A stretch of 64,000 nt of DNA from Candidatus Heimdallarchaeota archaeon (GCA_020353515.1 CP070695.1:3582177-3646176), one strand, 5' to 3'; numbered from the stretch's first letter, positions 1-9,384 are shown. Translations and numbers: made by a program. Notes: generated by a model from the letters alone, not told the origin.

Positions 1-2
1 TA

Positions 3-482
3 ACACCTGTATATTTGTCAATGATTTCTGGTCCAAGCAAAACAGGTGATATTGAGTTTGATGTACGAAATGGAATGCATGGTCCAAAAGAAGTTCATGT
101 GATATTGCTTGACAATCATCGAATAGAAGCTAGTAAGAGTCCTCTGAAAGAATCTCTACTTTGTATAGGGTGTGGTTCTTGTATTAATGAGTGTCCAGTT
201 TATGAGCAATTAGGAATTGCCTTTGGAGGGCCAACATATGTTGGTCCGATTGGTATTGTTCACACAGCAGTTTTAACTGGGATCCAAACAGCAGTGGAAT
301 CAGGTCTAAATTTTTGTACAATGTGTAAGAGATGTGCCGATGTTTGTCCAGTTGATATTCCAATACCTGATCTCATCAAATATATAAGAGAATGTGCAAC
401 AGAAAAGGGATTCCTTTTACCTCCACTAGCAGACATTGAAAAGAGAATCGAGATGACTGGAAATCCATTTGGAAAAGTGTGA
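3..482 (+). CDS. LutB/LUD-domain 4Fe-4S protein, C-terminal part (5' truncated by window edge)
   Basis: Frame is open from position 3 (TPVYLSMISGPSKTGDIE...GMHGPKEVHVIL, LUD signature), followed by two CxxCxxCxxxCP ferredoxin motifs. Confidence 0.85.
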   Translation, partial: TPVYLSMISGPSKTGDIEFDVRNGMHGPKEVHVILLDNHRIEASKSPLKESLLCIGCGSCINECPVYEQLGIAFGGPTYVGPIGIVHTAVLTGIQTAVESGLNFCTMCKRCADVCPVDIPIPDLIKYIRECATEKGFLLPPLADIEKRIEMTGNPFGKV

Positions 483-1189
483 GAATAATGGTAGGAAATA
501 TTCTTCTATTTCATGGTTGTATGAACCGTTTCTATACCTCTCGAATTTCTGAAGCAACAGAAAAAATATTAACAAAAGCAAAGGTTGAGTACATAAATTT
601 AGACAACGAGGAGTGTTGTGGATTCATCTTATATGAAAATGGACAAGAAAAAACAGCAAAAGGATTAATGAAGAAGAATCAAGAGATTTTTTCAGGATTA
701 AAGGAAGTCGATACAATTCTTACCAGCTGTCCCACATGTGCTTATATTTTCAAAAAACATTATCCAAAATATCTGAAAAATTTCGATTATAACATTATTC
801 ACGTTACAGAATTACTGGCAAGGTTAATCGAAGAGAAAAAAATTGATATTCCTAAGAAAAATATTAGTGTTACTTATCACGATCCATGTCATCTTTTACG
901 AGGCCTCCAGATCACCGAAGAACCACGGAACATTTTAAACGCTGTATTGGAAGGAAATATTATGGAAATGGATCATTCTCGTGAAGCGTCAAAATGTTGT
1001 GGTGCTGGAAGTGGTGTACGCCTTTCATTTAGTCGAATTGCCCAAACTCTTGCACGAGATCGTATTGCAGAAGCAAAAAAAACTGATGCTTCTGTACTAG
1101 TAACGTCATGTCCCACGTGTATGCTTCATCTTCAAGAAAATGCAAAAATTCTAAAAGTAATAGATATTGTTGAAATAATTAATCTTTAA
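479..1189 (+). CDS. CCG-domain Fe-S protein (LutA/GlcF/HdrD-like)
   Basis: Two CCG domains (FHGC...ECCG...SCPTC; YHDPCH...CCGAG...SCPTC); overlaps the upstream stop (GTGA). Confidence 0.88.
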   Translation: MRIMVGNILLFHGCMNRFYTSRISEATEKILTKAKVEYINLDNEECCGFILYENGQEKTAKGLMKKNQEIFSGLKEVDTILTSCPTCAYIFKKHYPKYLKNFDYNIIHVTELLARLIEEKKIDIPKKNISVTYHDPCHLLRGLQITEEPRNILNAVLEGNIMEMDHSREASKCCGAGSGVRLSFSRIAQTLARDRIAEAKKTDASVLVTSCPTCMLHLQENAKILKVIDIVEIINL

Positions 1190-1231
1190 CTTCCTTGAGG
1201 TTCATTCTATAGAGTAAAATGATGAACAGTT

Positions 1232-2101
1232 ATGGATTTCTTGTTAGTTCATTTGAGCAGTATACAACAAGTAGCTCGGTTATTATCTGAGATTTTAGCT
1301 TTTTTTGGCTTCTTTGGAATAGCTTTTTCCATTGGAATACTCTTACGAAATTATTTACGTACAAAATCCCTTGATTATCTTATCGTCGCAGGTATATTCT
1401 TTTTCATGAGTTTAATCTTATTTATAGGTGTGTTTGCTGTTCAAATAGTCCCTCCGATATCAGAACCTTTAGAGAAAATAACTCTATTTATTGTTGCTAT
1501 TCTTTGGGGTATTCTAATTTTTCTCATTTTTCTTCATGTCCTTAGATTGAAATATGATTGGAATTCAATTCCCAAAATTTTATGGTTTTTTACAGTCTTA
1601 TGGTATTTGTTATATTCAATAGTCGCATTTCTCATAACTTCTTTGGAGACCATATCTGGAATAATCTATACTCTCTCTATTTTTGTAATATTTATGTCTT
1701 ATTTGACGATTGGAGTTTTTTTAACATTTGTTTATATTTCAGTGACTCCTGTCAAACCAACTGATAGAATTGAATTAGTCAGAAAAGTGTATATACTGTT
1801 TGGAATAATTATGATAATGATGAGCTTAAACCAATTTCTTTTTGGATCTCTTTTCATCATTACGAATGACATAAACCTATTGAGTTTAGCTATGGCAATT
1901 CAGAGTCTTCTTGGTATCATTCAGGGTTTACCTATCCTCTATATTTGTGTATTTTACCCTGAATTATTGTTGATTTCTCATGTACAAATTCTTAGAGCAA
2001 TAAAATTGTATAAGAAAGTAAAACAAATGCCTATTGAACACTTGAGAGGGGATAAATTACTCACTTATCTAAATAGCATCCCTGAATCCTGCTTTGATTG
2101 A
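1232..2101 (+). CDS. 7-transmembrane protein of unknown function
   Basis: Seven hydrophobic segments followed by a short soluble C-terminal tail. Confidence 0.75.
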   Translation: MDFLLVHLSSIQQVARLLSEILAFFGFFGIAFSIGILLRNYLRTKSLDYLIVAGIFFFMSLILFIGVFAVQIVPPISEPLEKITLFIVAILWGILIFLIFLHVLRLKYDWNSIPKILWFFTVLWYLLYSIVAFLITSLETISGIIYTLSIFVIFMSYLTIGVFLTFVYISVTPVKPTDRIELVRKVYILFGIIMIMMSLNQFLFGSLFIITNDINLLSLAMAIQSLLGIIQGLPILYICVFYPELLLISHVQILRAIKLYKKVKQMPIEHLRGDKLLTYLNSIPESCFD

Positions 2102-2254
2102 ATTACTGTGTATTACCAAATGAGTTACAATCTTCATAGCATTCTTTTTATATGCTTGAATTTTATTCTGGGAAGCCTATCCGAAATAATGAAGGAGTAG
2201 GATACTTGAGATTAATATAATGAAACCTGAAATAATCAAATAAATATCGAGATG

Positions 2255-2869
2255 CTACCCTAATGATCGGAACTGTTTCCTAAAATTGATTTCTCTCACT
2301 TGATGGTCAACACTGGTTTCTACCTCACGCATTGGAACCTTTTGAGGGGAAAGTACACCAAAAGAGCGACCAAATCCAGTCTTACCAAGCTGAGCTAGGG
2401 TTCCTAAAGACAATTCTATTATTCCCAAAACGAGAAAAACGTCAGTAAAGGAGATTAGAATTTGTTGGAAGCTGAAAATGAGCATAAGAAAAAAGGAAAC
2501 TAATATCGTAATAACTAGGAGAATGAATAACGGAAATAATAGTTTAATTCTTTTTATCTTTCCGTATTTTAATTCCTCTTCCTTTAATGATTTAACACTG
2601 ATTTCCCCTTCCAATGGAAATATTAGCAATCTGTCTTCTGGAAGCTGAATAGACCTAAAATATTTATTTATCCGCTTCAAAAGAAGGTAAAAGGATACAT
2701 TCGAGATTTTTCCCTTGAGGAACCTTCTTTTCTGTTTTTCATACAACCTTTTCCATTCGTTCCAAGTCTTTTCTATATCTGTTCCAAAACTTAAATCGGA
2801 AAAAATGCTATCAACAGCTATTATAGCCAATTTTAGCGTCGAATCCTCTTCTGTAACCTCCACTGCCAA
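2255..2869 (-). CDS. Membrane protein, probably truncated by an in-frame TAG (frame continues to 2177)
   Basis: Soluble N-terminus plus two TM helices. The 25 codons after the TAG at 2257-2255 encode another clean TM helix. Confidence 0.65.
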   Translation of the reverse strand: MAVEVTEEDSTLKLAIIAVDSIFSDLSFGTDIEKTWNEWKRLYEKQKRRFLKGKISNVSFYLLLKRINKYFRSIQLPEDRLLIFPLEGEISVKSLKEEELKYGKIKRIKLLFPLFILLVITILVSFFLMLIFSFQQILISFTDVFLVLGIIELSLGTLAQLGKTGFGRSFGVLSPQKVPMREVETSVDHQVREINFRKQFRSLG

Positions 2870-2887
2870 CTGAATCAGCCCAAAGAA

Positions 2888-3355
2888 TTATAAGGGTTTC
2901 ATATTCCACATCTTATACGTTTCATATATAAAAATTCCAGCTGCACTTAATGAGAATAGAAGAAATAAGAACTCGACTGGTGTGATATTTCCTTTAAAGA
3001 GAATGATTAAAATTGATAATAAAGACCCAATAGAAAAGAACGACAAATATAAAAGCATACGTGGTATCATCTTCCGGCCAATTTTGATATATAATCCCAT
3101 TATACCCTCTTTCACTTCTGATTTCACAAGATACTTTCCTGTCTTTTCAGATTGAATTACTAGTTCTGCTTGGACAAGTTTGTTTATATGGTATGAAACT
3201 GTGGAAGGAGAAGGGATCTTTAGTTCCTTTTGTATTTCACGAATTCCAGAACTACCATGAGTAAGAAGGTACCAATATATTTGAAGGGTTTTTCCTCTCA
3301 GAAGGTCTTCTGTGTCTCCACTCATAAAATCGTGCAGTAGTAAATCCATGTACAC
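2888..3355 (-). CDS. Winged-HTH (ArsR-like) regulator with two C-terminal TM helices; likely start ATG 3325
   Basis: GKTLQIYWYLL...GIREIQKELKIPSPSTVSYHINKLVQAELV wHTH, then two hydrophobic helices. Confidence 0.85.
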   Translation of the reverse strand: MYMDLLLHDFMSGDTEDLLRGKTLQIYWYLLTHGSSGIREIQKELKIPSPSTVSYHINKLVQAELVIQSEKTGKYLVKSEVKEGIMGLYIKIGRKMIPRMLLYLSFFSIGSLLSILIILFKGNITPVEFLFLLFSLSAAGIFIYETYKMWNMKPL

Positions 3356-3382
3356 AAAAATGTTTTGTTAGAGGAAAAATTT

Positions 3383-3413
3383 GAAAAAAGAAGAAGAAAG
3401 GAAATTGTTCCTT
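3383..3413 (-). terminator. Hairpin plus pyrimidine tract terminator of 3422..4159
   Basis: Minus strand reads AAGGAA-CAAT-TTCCTT followed by TCTTCTTCTTTTTTC just after the stop. Confidence 0.5.
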
Positions 3414-3421
3414 CTAAAATG

Positions 3422-4159
3422 TCAAACTGGAAATGTTTCATAAATTAAATCTTCAAAACTTTGAATGGCTGTTAAGAAGAGTTGTGCATCAGAAAGGGGG
3501 AGAAAAACTAGATCGTCAAAATTGTAGGCAACATTTACAGTATTTATTCCAAAATGGGTATGTTGAGATAACTCCCAGGTCCCATTTAATACACTAAGGA
3601 CGCTGTGTTCTTTTGAAAAAATAAGTGATAACGAAGTACCGTCTTCATATGCAATATCACAAATGAAAGAAGGTGGGAAAATGTCCATTATATCAGTAAG
3701 AGTCTGACTCGTATCATTTAAAACCTCAATTGCACCACGAAAATTGGCCATAACATCATTCAGATCTTGTTGATTAATATCAGCTAATTCAGCTACTGGT
3801 TCATGAATCAAAGCCATTTTCGGGATATCATTTACTAATCCAACACGAATTCCATCAATATATAATGGAGTATAGTGCATACTAAGATTAAAATTAACCC
3901 AGGTATTGTTATAACACCAAACATAAGAAATATTATCTTCAGAAGCAGCCATTCTAGCAGCAATCTGGGCACCTATTCCTCCCTCTGGTATTTCGCCATT
4001 GCCATTACCATCACCATTACCATTCCCATTCCCATTTTCATGATTCGTATCTTGGTTGTTTAATATATTGTAAGCAATGATAAAAGCACTAGTAGCGATA
4101 ATCCCGCCGATCACAATTGCAATGATACCGTACTTTAAAATATTACCATTTAATGCCAT
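3422..4159 (-). CDS. Membrane-anchored extracellular protein with Asn-Gly linker
   Basis: N-terminal TM helix, NGNGNGNGDGNGNG linker, acidic globular domain. Confidence 0.75.
   Translation of the reverse strand: MALNGNILKYGIIAIVIGGIIATSAFIIAYNILNNQDTNHENGNGNGNGDGNGNGEIPEGGIGAQIAARMAASEDNISYVWCYNNTWVNFNLSMHYTPLYIDGIRVGLVNDIPKMALIHEPVAELADINQQDLNDVMANFRGAIEVLNDTSQTLTDIMDIFPPSFICDIAYEDGTSLSLIFSKEHSVLSVLNGTWELSQHTHFGINTVNVAYNFDDLVFLPLSDAQLFLTAIQSFEDLIYETFPV
3995..4036. repeat. Coding hexamer repeat (7 x NCCATY) encoding the NG/DG linker
   Basis: gccattgccattaccatcaccattaccattcccattcccatt. Confidence 0.8.
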
Positions 4160-4226
4160 AATTCAAAACATCCTTTGGTTAGAATCCAAGATATATTAAA
4201 AATGAATTATTTAAAAGGTTGTACAA

Positions 4227-4275
4227 TAGAACAAATTGTTTCTAATATAGAACATGATGTTCTAATGTAAGAACA
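4227..4275. promoter_or_regulatory. Phased operator array: AGAACA at 4228, 4249 and 4270, with a central perfect inverted repeat
   Basis: TAGAACA-TGA-TGTTCTA at 4248-4264, imperfect copy TAGAACAAATTGTTTCTA at 4227-4244, half-site at 4270; spacing is exactly 21 bp. Confidence 0.65.
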
Positions 4276-4389
4276 AAGACCTAATATCACTAGTAATTAA
4301 AGAATTAATTATTTCAAAGAGTGTACATAAAAAAATAAATAAATTAAATTAGCTTTTTCATAAAATGTTGAAATTTAATGTGAATAAAG

Positions 4390-4893
4390 ATGAATCCTAA
4401 CAGGCAAGAAAGAAAAATCGGACCAATAATATCAAAAGAATTTCAAAATAGTTGGAATATGTTACGACAAGCCGTTGAAAATATTTCTGACGAATTTTGG
4501 TTAACCACGATTAATGAATGGTCGTTTTCATGGACCATATACCATATAATTGAAACAGCTGAGTTTTATAGTCATAGTACACCTTTAGGAATGGAATGGG
4601 GAAAATATGCGGGAATTAATTGGGAAGTGGATTCGGAAGATGAAATTAACAAGAAAAAATCATTAATAACAAAAGAAGTCATTTTAAATTATCTTGAAGA
4701 TATTGAGAAGAGAATTTCTAATTACTTCACTAATGTTACTGATTATGATTTGTTTGACACCGACGGATTTGATAATGGTAATCTTTATGTTATAGAAAAG
4801 ATGATATATTTATTAAGACATAATATGCACCACATTGGGGAACTGAATAAAGTACTAAGGGATTCAAACTGTCAACGAATAAGTTGGCGATAA
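4390..4893 (+). CDS. DinB/DUF664 superfamily protein
   Basis: Four-helix pattern with His triad (IYHIIE ... RHNMHHIGEL). Confidence 0.8.
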   Translation: MNPNRQERKIGPIISKEFQNSWNMLRQAVENISDEFWLTTINEWSFSWTIYHIIETAEFYSHSTPLGMEWGKYAGINWEVDSEDEINKKKSLITKEVILNYLEDIEKRISNYFTNVTDYDLFDTDGFDNGNLYVIEKMIYLLRHNMHHIGELNKVLRDSNCQRISWR

Positions 4894-4948
4894 AACTACG
4901 ATTATTTACCAAAAAAATAAAAGGAAGTGGAATAAAACGTCTTGGTCA

Positions 4949-5734
4949 TTGGAGGAACTGAAATCATTTCGGGAGCAAAATCATACTACTGAAACAATTC
5001 TAGATAAAATAAACTGGAAGTATTATGATATTGGAAATATGGGGTCAGATATTGCCATTGTTTTTTTACATGGAACTATTGGGAACGAAGAAATATTTTG
5101 GATTCAAATGGAGTCATTAATGAGTACCTATCGGATAATAAGCTTCGACCTACCTCCTATAATAGGAGTTGATGCATTATCTCAAGGAATATATGAAATA
5201 CTTAGCAAATTTAATGTAAAAAGAATAGTCTTGATTGGGACATCGTTCGGCGGATATTTAGCCCAATTTTTCTCGTTTAAATATAAGGAAATGGTTCAAA
5301 AACTTGTTCTTTCGAATACTTTCAAAACAACTCACCTTTACAACCAGAAATACAAAAGATTACTCATGCTTGAGAAGTTAATCCCAACTTTTCTAATAAA
5401 AAGATTCATGAGAAAAGGTCTGTTATCACTCGAACATGAACGAACTCGCGATTATCTTCTTAGCCAATTAAAGCATCAACTAACAAAAAAGACACTTATG
5501 GCTCGATTGAAGAGTTTTATTACAGACGTGGAACTCAACAATGCGCCAATAGACCAAGTACTAATCATCGAAACAATAAAAGATCCATTGGTACCAGAAC
5601 AATTACAAGATGAGTTAAAAAAGGCATACCCAGAAGCTTCTGTAAAGACGTTTGGAAAAGAAGCGAACCATTTCCCTTATCTTACAATGGGTGATGATTA
5701 TACTCGAACTTTGATAGACTTTCTAGAGAATTAG
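4949..5734 (+). CDS. Alpha/beta hydrolase, maspardin (SPG21)-like
   Basis: FLHG, GTSFGG nucleophile elbow, IKDPLV acid, NHFPYL His. Confidence 0.85.
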   Translation: MEELKSFREQNHTTETILDKINWKYYDIGNMGSDIAIVFLHGTIGNEEIFWIQMESLMSTYRIISFDLPPIIGVDALSQGIYEILSKFNVKRIVLIGTSFGGYLAQFFSFKYKEMVQKLVLSNTFKTTHLYNQKYKRLLMLEKLIPTFLIKRFMRKGLLSLEHERTRDYLLSQLKHQLTKKTLMARLKSFITDVELNNAPIDQVLIIETIKDPLVPEQLQDELKKAYPEASVKTFGKEANHFPYLTMGDDYTRTLIDFLEN

Positions 5735-5766
5735 GATTTTCACTAGTTAAAGGAAATGATTAATTT

Positions 5767-6732
5767 ATGGATCGAAGTGCTAGTATTTGTAAATCGGTCT
5801 TGGATGTAATTGGAAATACGCCAATAATCGAATTATCTCGATTAACAAAAGTTTTAGATGGCAAAATTTTAGCGAAGATGGATTATCTGAATCCAGGATT
5901 CTCAAAAAAGGATAGAATAGCTTTACAAATGATACAAGAAGCAGAACATTCAGGTGCATTAAAACCAAACCAAACTGTAGTAGAGTTAACTAGTGGCAAT
6001 ACAGGGACAGGTCTAGCAATTGTTTGTGGGATTAAAGGATATCCATTCATTGCAGTCATGAGTAAGGGGAATACAAATGAAAGAGCTCGAATGATGAGGG
6101 CACTGGGGGCTGAGGTTATTCTAGTTGAACAAGCTCCAGGATCAACACCAGGTACCGTTTCTGGGGAATCTTTGGAATTAGTAGAACAAGAAACAAACCG
6201 TATAGTAGAAGAATATGGAGCTTTCCGATGTGATCAATTTAATTTAAATGGAAATTTTAATGCGTGGTATTTACGCGCAGCAAGGGAAATTATCCAACAG
6301 ACAAAAGGTAATTTTGATGGTTTCTGTGATTTTATGGGCACCGGCGGAACATTTGCAGGATTATGCAGAGCCTTTAAGGAATTTAATCCCAAAATTCAAT
6401 GCTATGTTATAGAGCCAATTAATGCTGCAGTTGTTGCAGGGAACAAAGTTCTAAGTAGTGGTGATCACAAAATCCAAGGTGGAGGGTATGCAATGTCTAA
6501 TTTAATGTTTCTTAAGAATTTATCTATCGATGGCGCATTACAAGTTACAGATGAGGAAGCTTATGCTATTACAAGAAGATTGGCCAAAGAAGAAGGGATT
6601 TTTGCAGGTCCTTCCTCTGGCGCTAATGTTCACGGAGCACTGCAGCTCCTTAAGGGACCATTAAAAGGGAAAACAGTTTTTGTTGTACTCCCTGACTCAG
6701 GACTCAAATACTTAAGTACTGATTTATGGTAG
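5767..6732 (+). CDS. PLP-dependent cysteine synthase family protein
   Basis: IGNTP, NPGFSKKDR, TSGNTG, GTGGT, GPSSGAN, PDSGLKYLS motifs. Confidence 0.9.
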   Translation: MDRSASICKSVLDVIGNTPIIELSRLTKVLDGKILAKMDYLNPGFSKKDRIALQMIQEAEHSGALKPNQTVVELTSGNTGTGLAIVCGIKGYPFIAVMSKGNTNERARMMRALGAEVILVEQAPGSTPGTVSGESLELVEQETNRIVEEYGAFRCDQFNLNGNFNAWYLRAAREIIQQTKGNFDGFCDFMGTGGTFAGLCRAFKEFNPKIQCYVIEPINAAVVAGNKVLSSGDHKIQGGGYAMSNLMFLKNLSIDGALQVTDEEAYAITRRLAKEEGIFAGPSSGANVHGALQLLKGPLKGKTVFVVLPDSGLKYLSTDLW

Positions 6733-6740
6733 ACATAAAT

Positions 6741-8060
6741 TCATACAGGTCTCAAATTGCCCCATTTTTTTAAGGCCTTCTGAAGTTCAGGATGCGATTT
6801 AGCCTTCTCTTCGAGCGTGATTTCTTCTTGCCATGCCTCAATCGCTTGAACTGTGGCTTTGGTCCCTGCAGGAGTACCTCCAGGATGGCCATGAATACCT
6901 CCACCAACCTGTAGAACCATATCAGTGGTTCCATATACAGTTAGAACTTCTGGAAGAACTCCAGGGTGTAACCCACCAGAAGCTACAGGTAAGGTGGGTT
7001 TAATTTGACCCCATGTTTGCTCAAGTCTTCTACCCTTGTCTTCAGTAATTTCCTGTTTGAGAAGAAGATCTCTCATATCTAAAACGTCCTCCTTCGGACT
7101 ATCAAGCTTACCCACAACAGTTCCAATATGGATATTATCAACACCAATTAACCTCATCAATTTAGCTAAGAAGTACATACTTATACCATGCGTATAATGT
7201 TTAGTGAACGTTGCATGCATTGCACGATGTGCGTGTATAGCCATATCTAGATCGCCTGCCAGATTTCTAAGAGTCTGAACACTTGCAAATCCAGTTGTTA
7301 CGACATCAACCATGAAATATTTAAATCCATGATCATGAATAACCTTTGTACGGTTTTCCATCTCATGAGTTTCAGCAGTTACATTAATGAGTGCATCTTT
7401 TATTTCACCAGTTTCATTCTCGGCCTTATCTCTAACTTTTGCCATCTGTTCAACACGTTTCTCGAAAACATTAAATGATTGAGAGGTGAGGTTCTCATCG
7501 TCTTTAACCAAATCACCACCAGCGCTCCAAAAGTCCCAAGCTATTTCACAATGCTGTTCTACTGTCATACCAATCTTAGGTTTAGGGACGCATGCTAATA
7601 AGGGGCCTTCATTCTTTTTGAAGATCCGTTGAATTGCTTCAACTCCCATATGCGGCCCCTTTGATCCTTTAATATATTCTAAAGGAAGAGTCGCATCTAT
7701 TAGTCTCAAATTCTTAACAGCCTTCATACCAAAGATATTGCCAGCTATCCCAGACATTAGCTGAGGGATATTATCTTTTTCCCATAATATCAATGGATAA
7801 GCGATTTTTACTAAATGCTTATCATTCCAAAATGCCAATCCTCGCATATCAAATATACGATCATCTAATGTCTCTAAAGTGGTCCACGTACCAATAGAGG
7901 ATTCCGAAGCTAACCTCCCAATAGTGTCATCAATTGAAACTTCATCTGATTTATCAAAATAAAAAAGTGCAACCAAGTCTTTGTCTTTTGGTTGATAATC
8001 TCTCTTAATAAAATCGTGATACCATTCAATTTTCTCTTTTGTCATGATAAAACCTCTCAC
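6741..8060 (-). CDS. rbcL: Form III RuBisCO large subunit (likely start ATG 8045)
   Basis: SESSIGTW, AGNIFGMK, PKPKIG, DLVKDDEN, HAHRAMH, HIGTVVGKL, SGGLHPG, GGGIHGHP: all catalytic motifs present. Confidence 0.95.
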   Translation of the reverse strand: MRGFIMTKEKIEWYHDFIKRDYQPKDKDLVALFYFDKSDEVSIDDTIGRLASESSIGTWTTLETLDDRIFDMRGLAFWNDKHLVKIAYPLILWEKDNIPQLMSGIAGNIFGMKAVKNLRLIDATLPLEYIKGSKGPHMGVEAIQRIFKKNEGPLLACVPKPKIGMTVEQHCEIAWDFWSAGGDLVKDDENLTSQSFNVFEKRVEQMAKVRDKAENETGEIKDALINVTAETHEMENRTKVIHDHGFKYFMVDVVTTGFASVQTLRNLAGDLDMAIHAHRAMHATFTKHYTHGISMYFLAKLMRLIGVDNIHIGTVVGKLDSPKEDVLDMRDLLLKQEITEDKGRRLEQTWGQIKPTLPVASGGLHPGVLPEVLTVYGTTDMVLQVGGGIHGHPGGTPAGTKATVQAIEAWQEEITLEEKAKSHPELQKALKKWGNLRPV

Positions 8061-8157
8061 AGTTTAGGTTCTCTTTATTTTTTACTTACTTCAATAGTAA
8101 GCTGATTTTTTGTTTATTAATACAGATTATTCTAAGAAATTCTTATCTTTTAAGATG

Positions 8158-9384
8158 CTAAATAAACGGGAGTGTTTCATCGTTTTCAACTCCCTCAGCC
8201 TGTACCATGAACTTCCAGCGGGTAAGCAGACGCTGAAATGCTTCTTTTATATTTTCGTCTACAGATAAATGTGATTCTCCTTGAAAATTAAATAAGCGAA
8301 GTATTTTTGACTTTGTTTCAAATTTTGCTTCCAATCTTCCAATAAAATCACCTGAGTAAAAGAGGGGATATACGTAATATCCCCATACGCGATCTTTAGG
8401 CTTTTTATATACTTCCCACACATATTCATAACTAAATAACTTATTTAAAAGCTGTCTATCCCAAATAAGTGGATCCAATGGCCCAATGACTCTCATCTCA
8501 TCATCTAGCTCTTGTTGGCATAAATTTTCCCAATTTGATGGAACAATAAAGCCCAAGCCCTCATCTTCTAATTGAACAAGTGAAGGTAGAAGATCTTTGG
8601 TAGATTCTCCAATTAATAGTTTTTCGGGAGAAATAGCTATTCTTTTCCCAAATCTGATTTTTCCATCTTTCTTGATGGTTATTTTACCAGTAGGAGTCAC
8701 AGGGAAACTTTTTATCTTGAGTTTGAGCTTCATAAAACGTTGTTCTTCCTCCGAGTAAGATTCCTTTTTCAAATGTGATTTTTCGATATAGTTCTCAATC
8801 AAATCATACGTTTTTCGGAAGTTATTATCTCTTAATACAGCAAGTTTACCCATAGCCCACAGAAGTTCTAGAGCTGTTCCTGAATTCCGACTAGTCTTCC
8901 AGACTGCGTATTTTGGATCAGCTTTTCCTAATTCAGTTAAATCGGAACCCCGAGTAATACCATGAGATCTAACATACTCCAATACCTGATCAAGCATATC
9001 AGGGTGGGTTTCTTCAAGTATCTTCAATGCTCGACTGTAGTATCTTCCAAGTTGATCTCGCCCAAGCGTTTGAGAGTAGAAAAGAGGAAAAAAATCAACA
9101 TGAATCGCGTTTAAATTATGAAAATATGATTCAAAAATTAATTTCTCTGAATAAGCAATTTTTTCATAATCTCCTTGCTGATAATCTTGTATCCGAGAAC
9201 TAAAGAAATAGTCATGGTACCTACCAGCAGGATTAAGAGGATCAAGTTGAATTAAACCCTGTTCTTTAATGATTTTTCTTACATCGTTACCTTGCCAACG
9301 ATGGAGATGACATCCCACTATTAACAGGCGTTTCAGTTCTTTCTGGGTAATATGAGGAATCGATGGCATTACTAACGTCCTCAA
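8158..9384 (-). CDS. YcaQ/AlkZ-family (HTH_42) crosslink-repair DNA glycosylase (likely start ATG 9369)
   Basis: QLDP (QxD) motif, wHTH, and GPLDPLIWDR...YVWEVYKKPKDRVWGYYVYP C-terminal signature. Confidence 0.85.
   Translation of the reverse strand: MRTLVMPSIPHITQKELKRLLIVGCHLHRWQGNDVRKIIKEQGLIQLDPLNPAGRYHDYFFSSRIQDYQQGDYEKIAYSEKLIFESYFHNLNAIHVDFFPLFYSQTLGRDQLGRYYSRALKILEETHPDMLDQVLEYVRSHGITRGSDLTELGKADPKYAVWKTSRNSGTALELLWAMGKLAVLRDNNFRKTYDLIENYIEKSHLKKESYSEEEQRFMKLKLKIKSFPVTPTGKITIKKDGKIRFGKRIAISPEKLLIGESTKDLLPSLVQLEDEGLGFIVPSNWENLCQQELDDEMRVIGPLDPLIWDRQLLNKLFSYEYVWEVYKKPKDRVWGYYVYPLFYSGDFIGRLEAKFETKSKILRLFNFQGESHLSVDENIKEAFQRLLTRWKFMVQAEGVENDETLPFI

Noticed and set aside
1232-2101. Microbial rhodopsin or heliorhodopsin
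   Set aside because: No retinal-binding Lys in helix 7.
2255-2257. Genome-wide TAG recoding to pyrrolysine
   Set aside because: TAG ends genes at their expected C-termini elsewhere (5732-5734; 6730-6732 after KYLSTDLW), and there are no pyl genes in the window.
4249-4263. Exact match to the glucocorticoid response element AGAACAnnnTGTTCT; resemblance to the Gram-positive SOS box
   Set aside because: Nuclear receptors are animal-specific, so the match is coincidental. The GAAC-GTTC spacer is N5, not the N4 of the SOS box.
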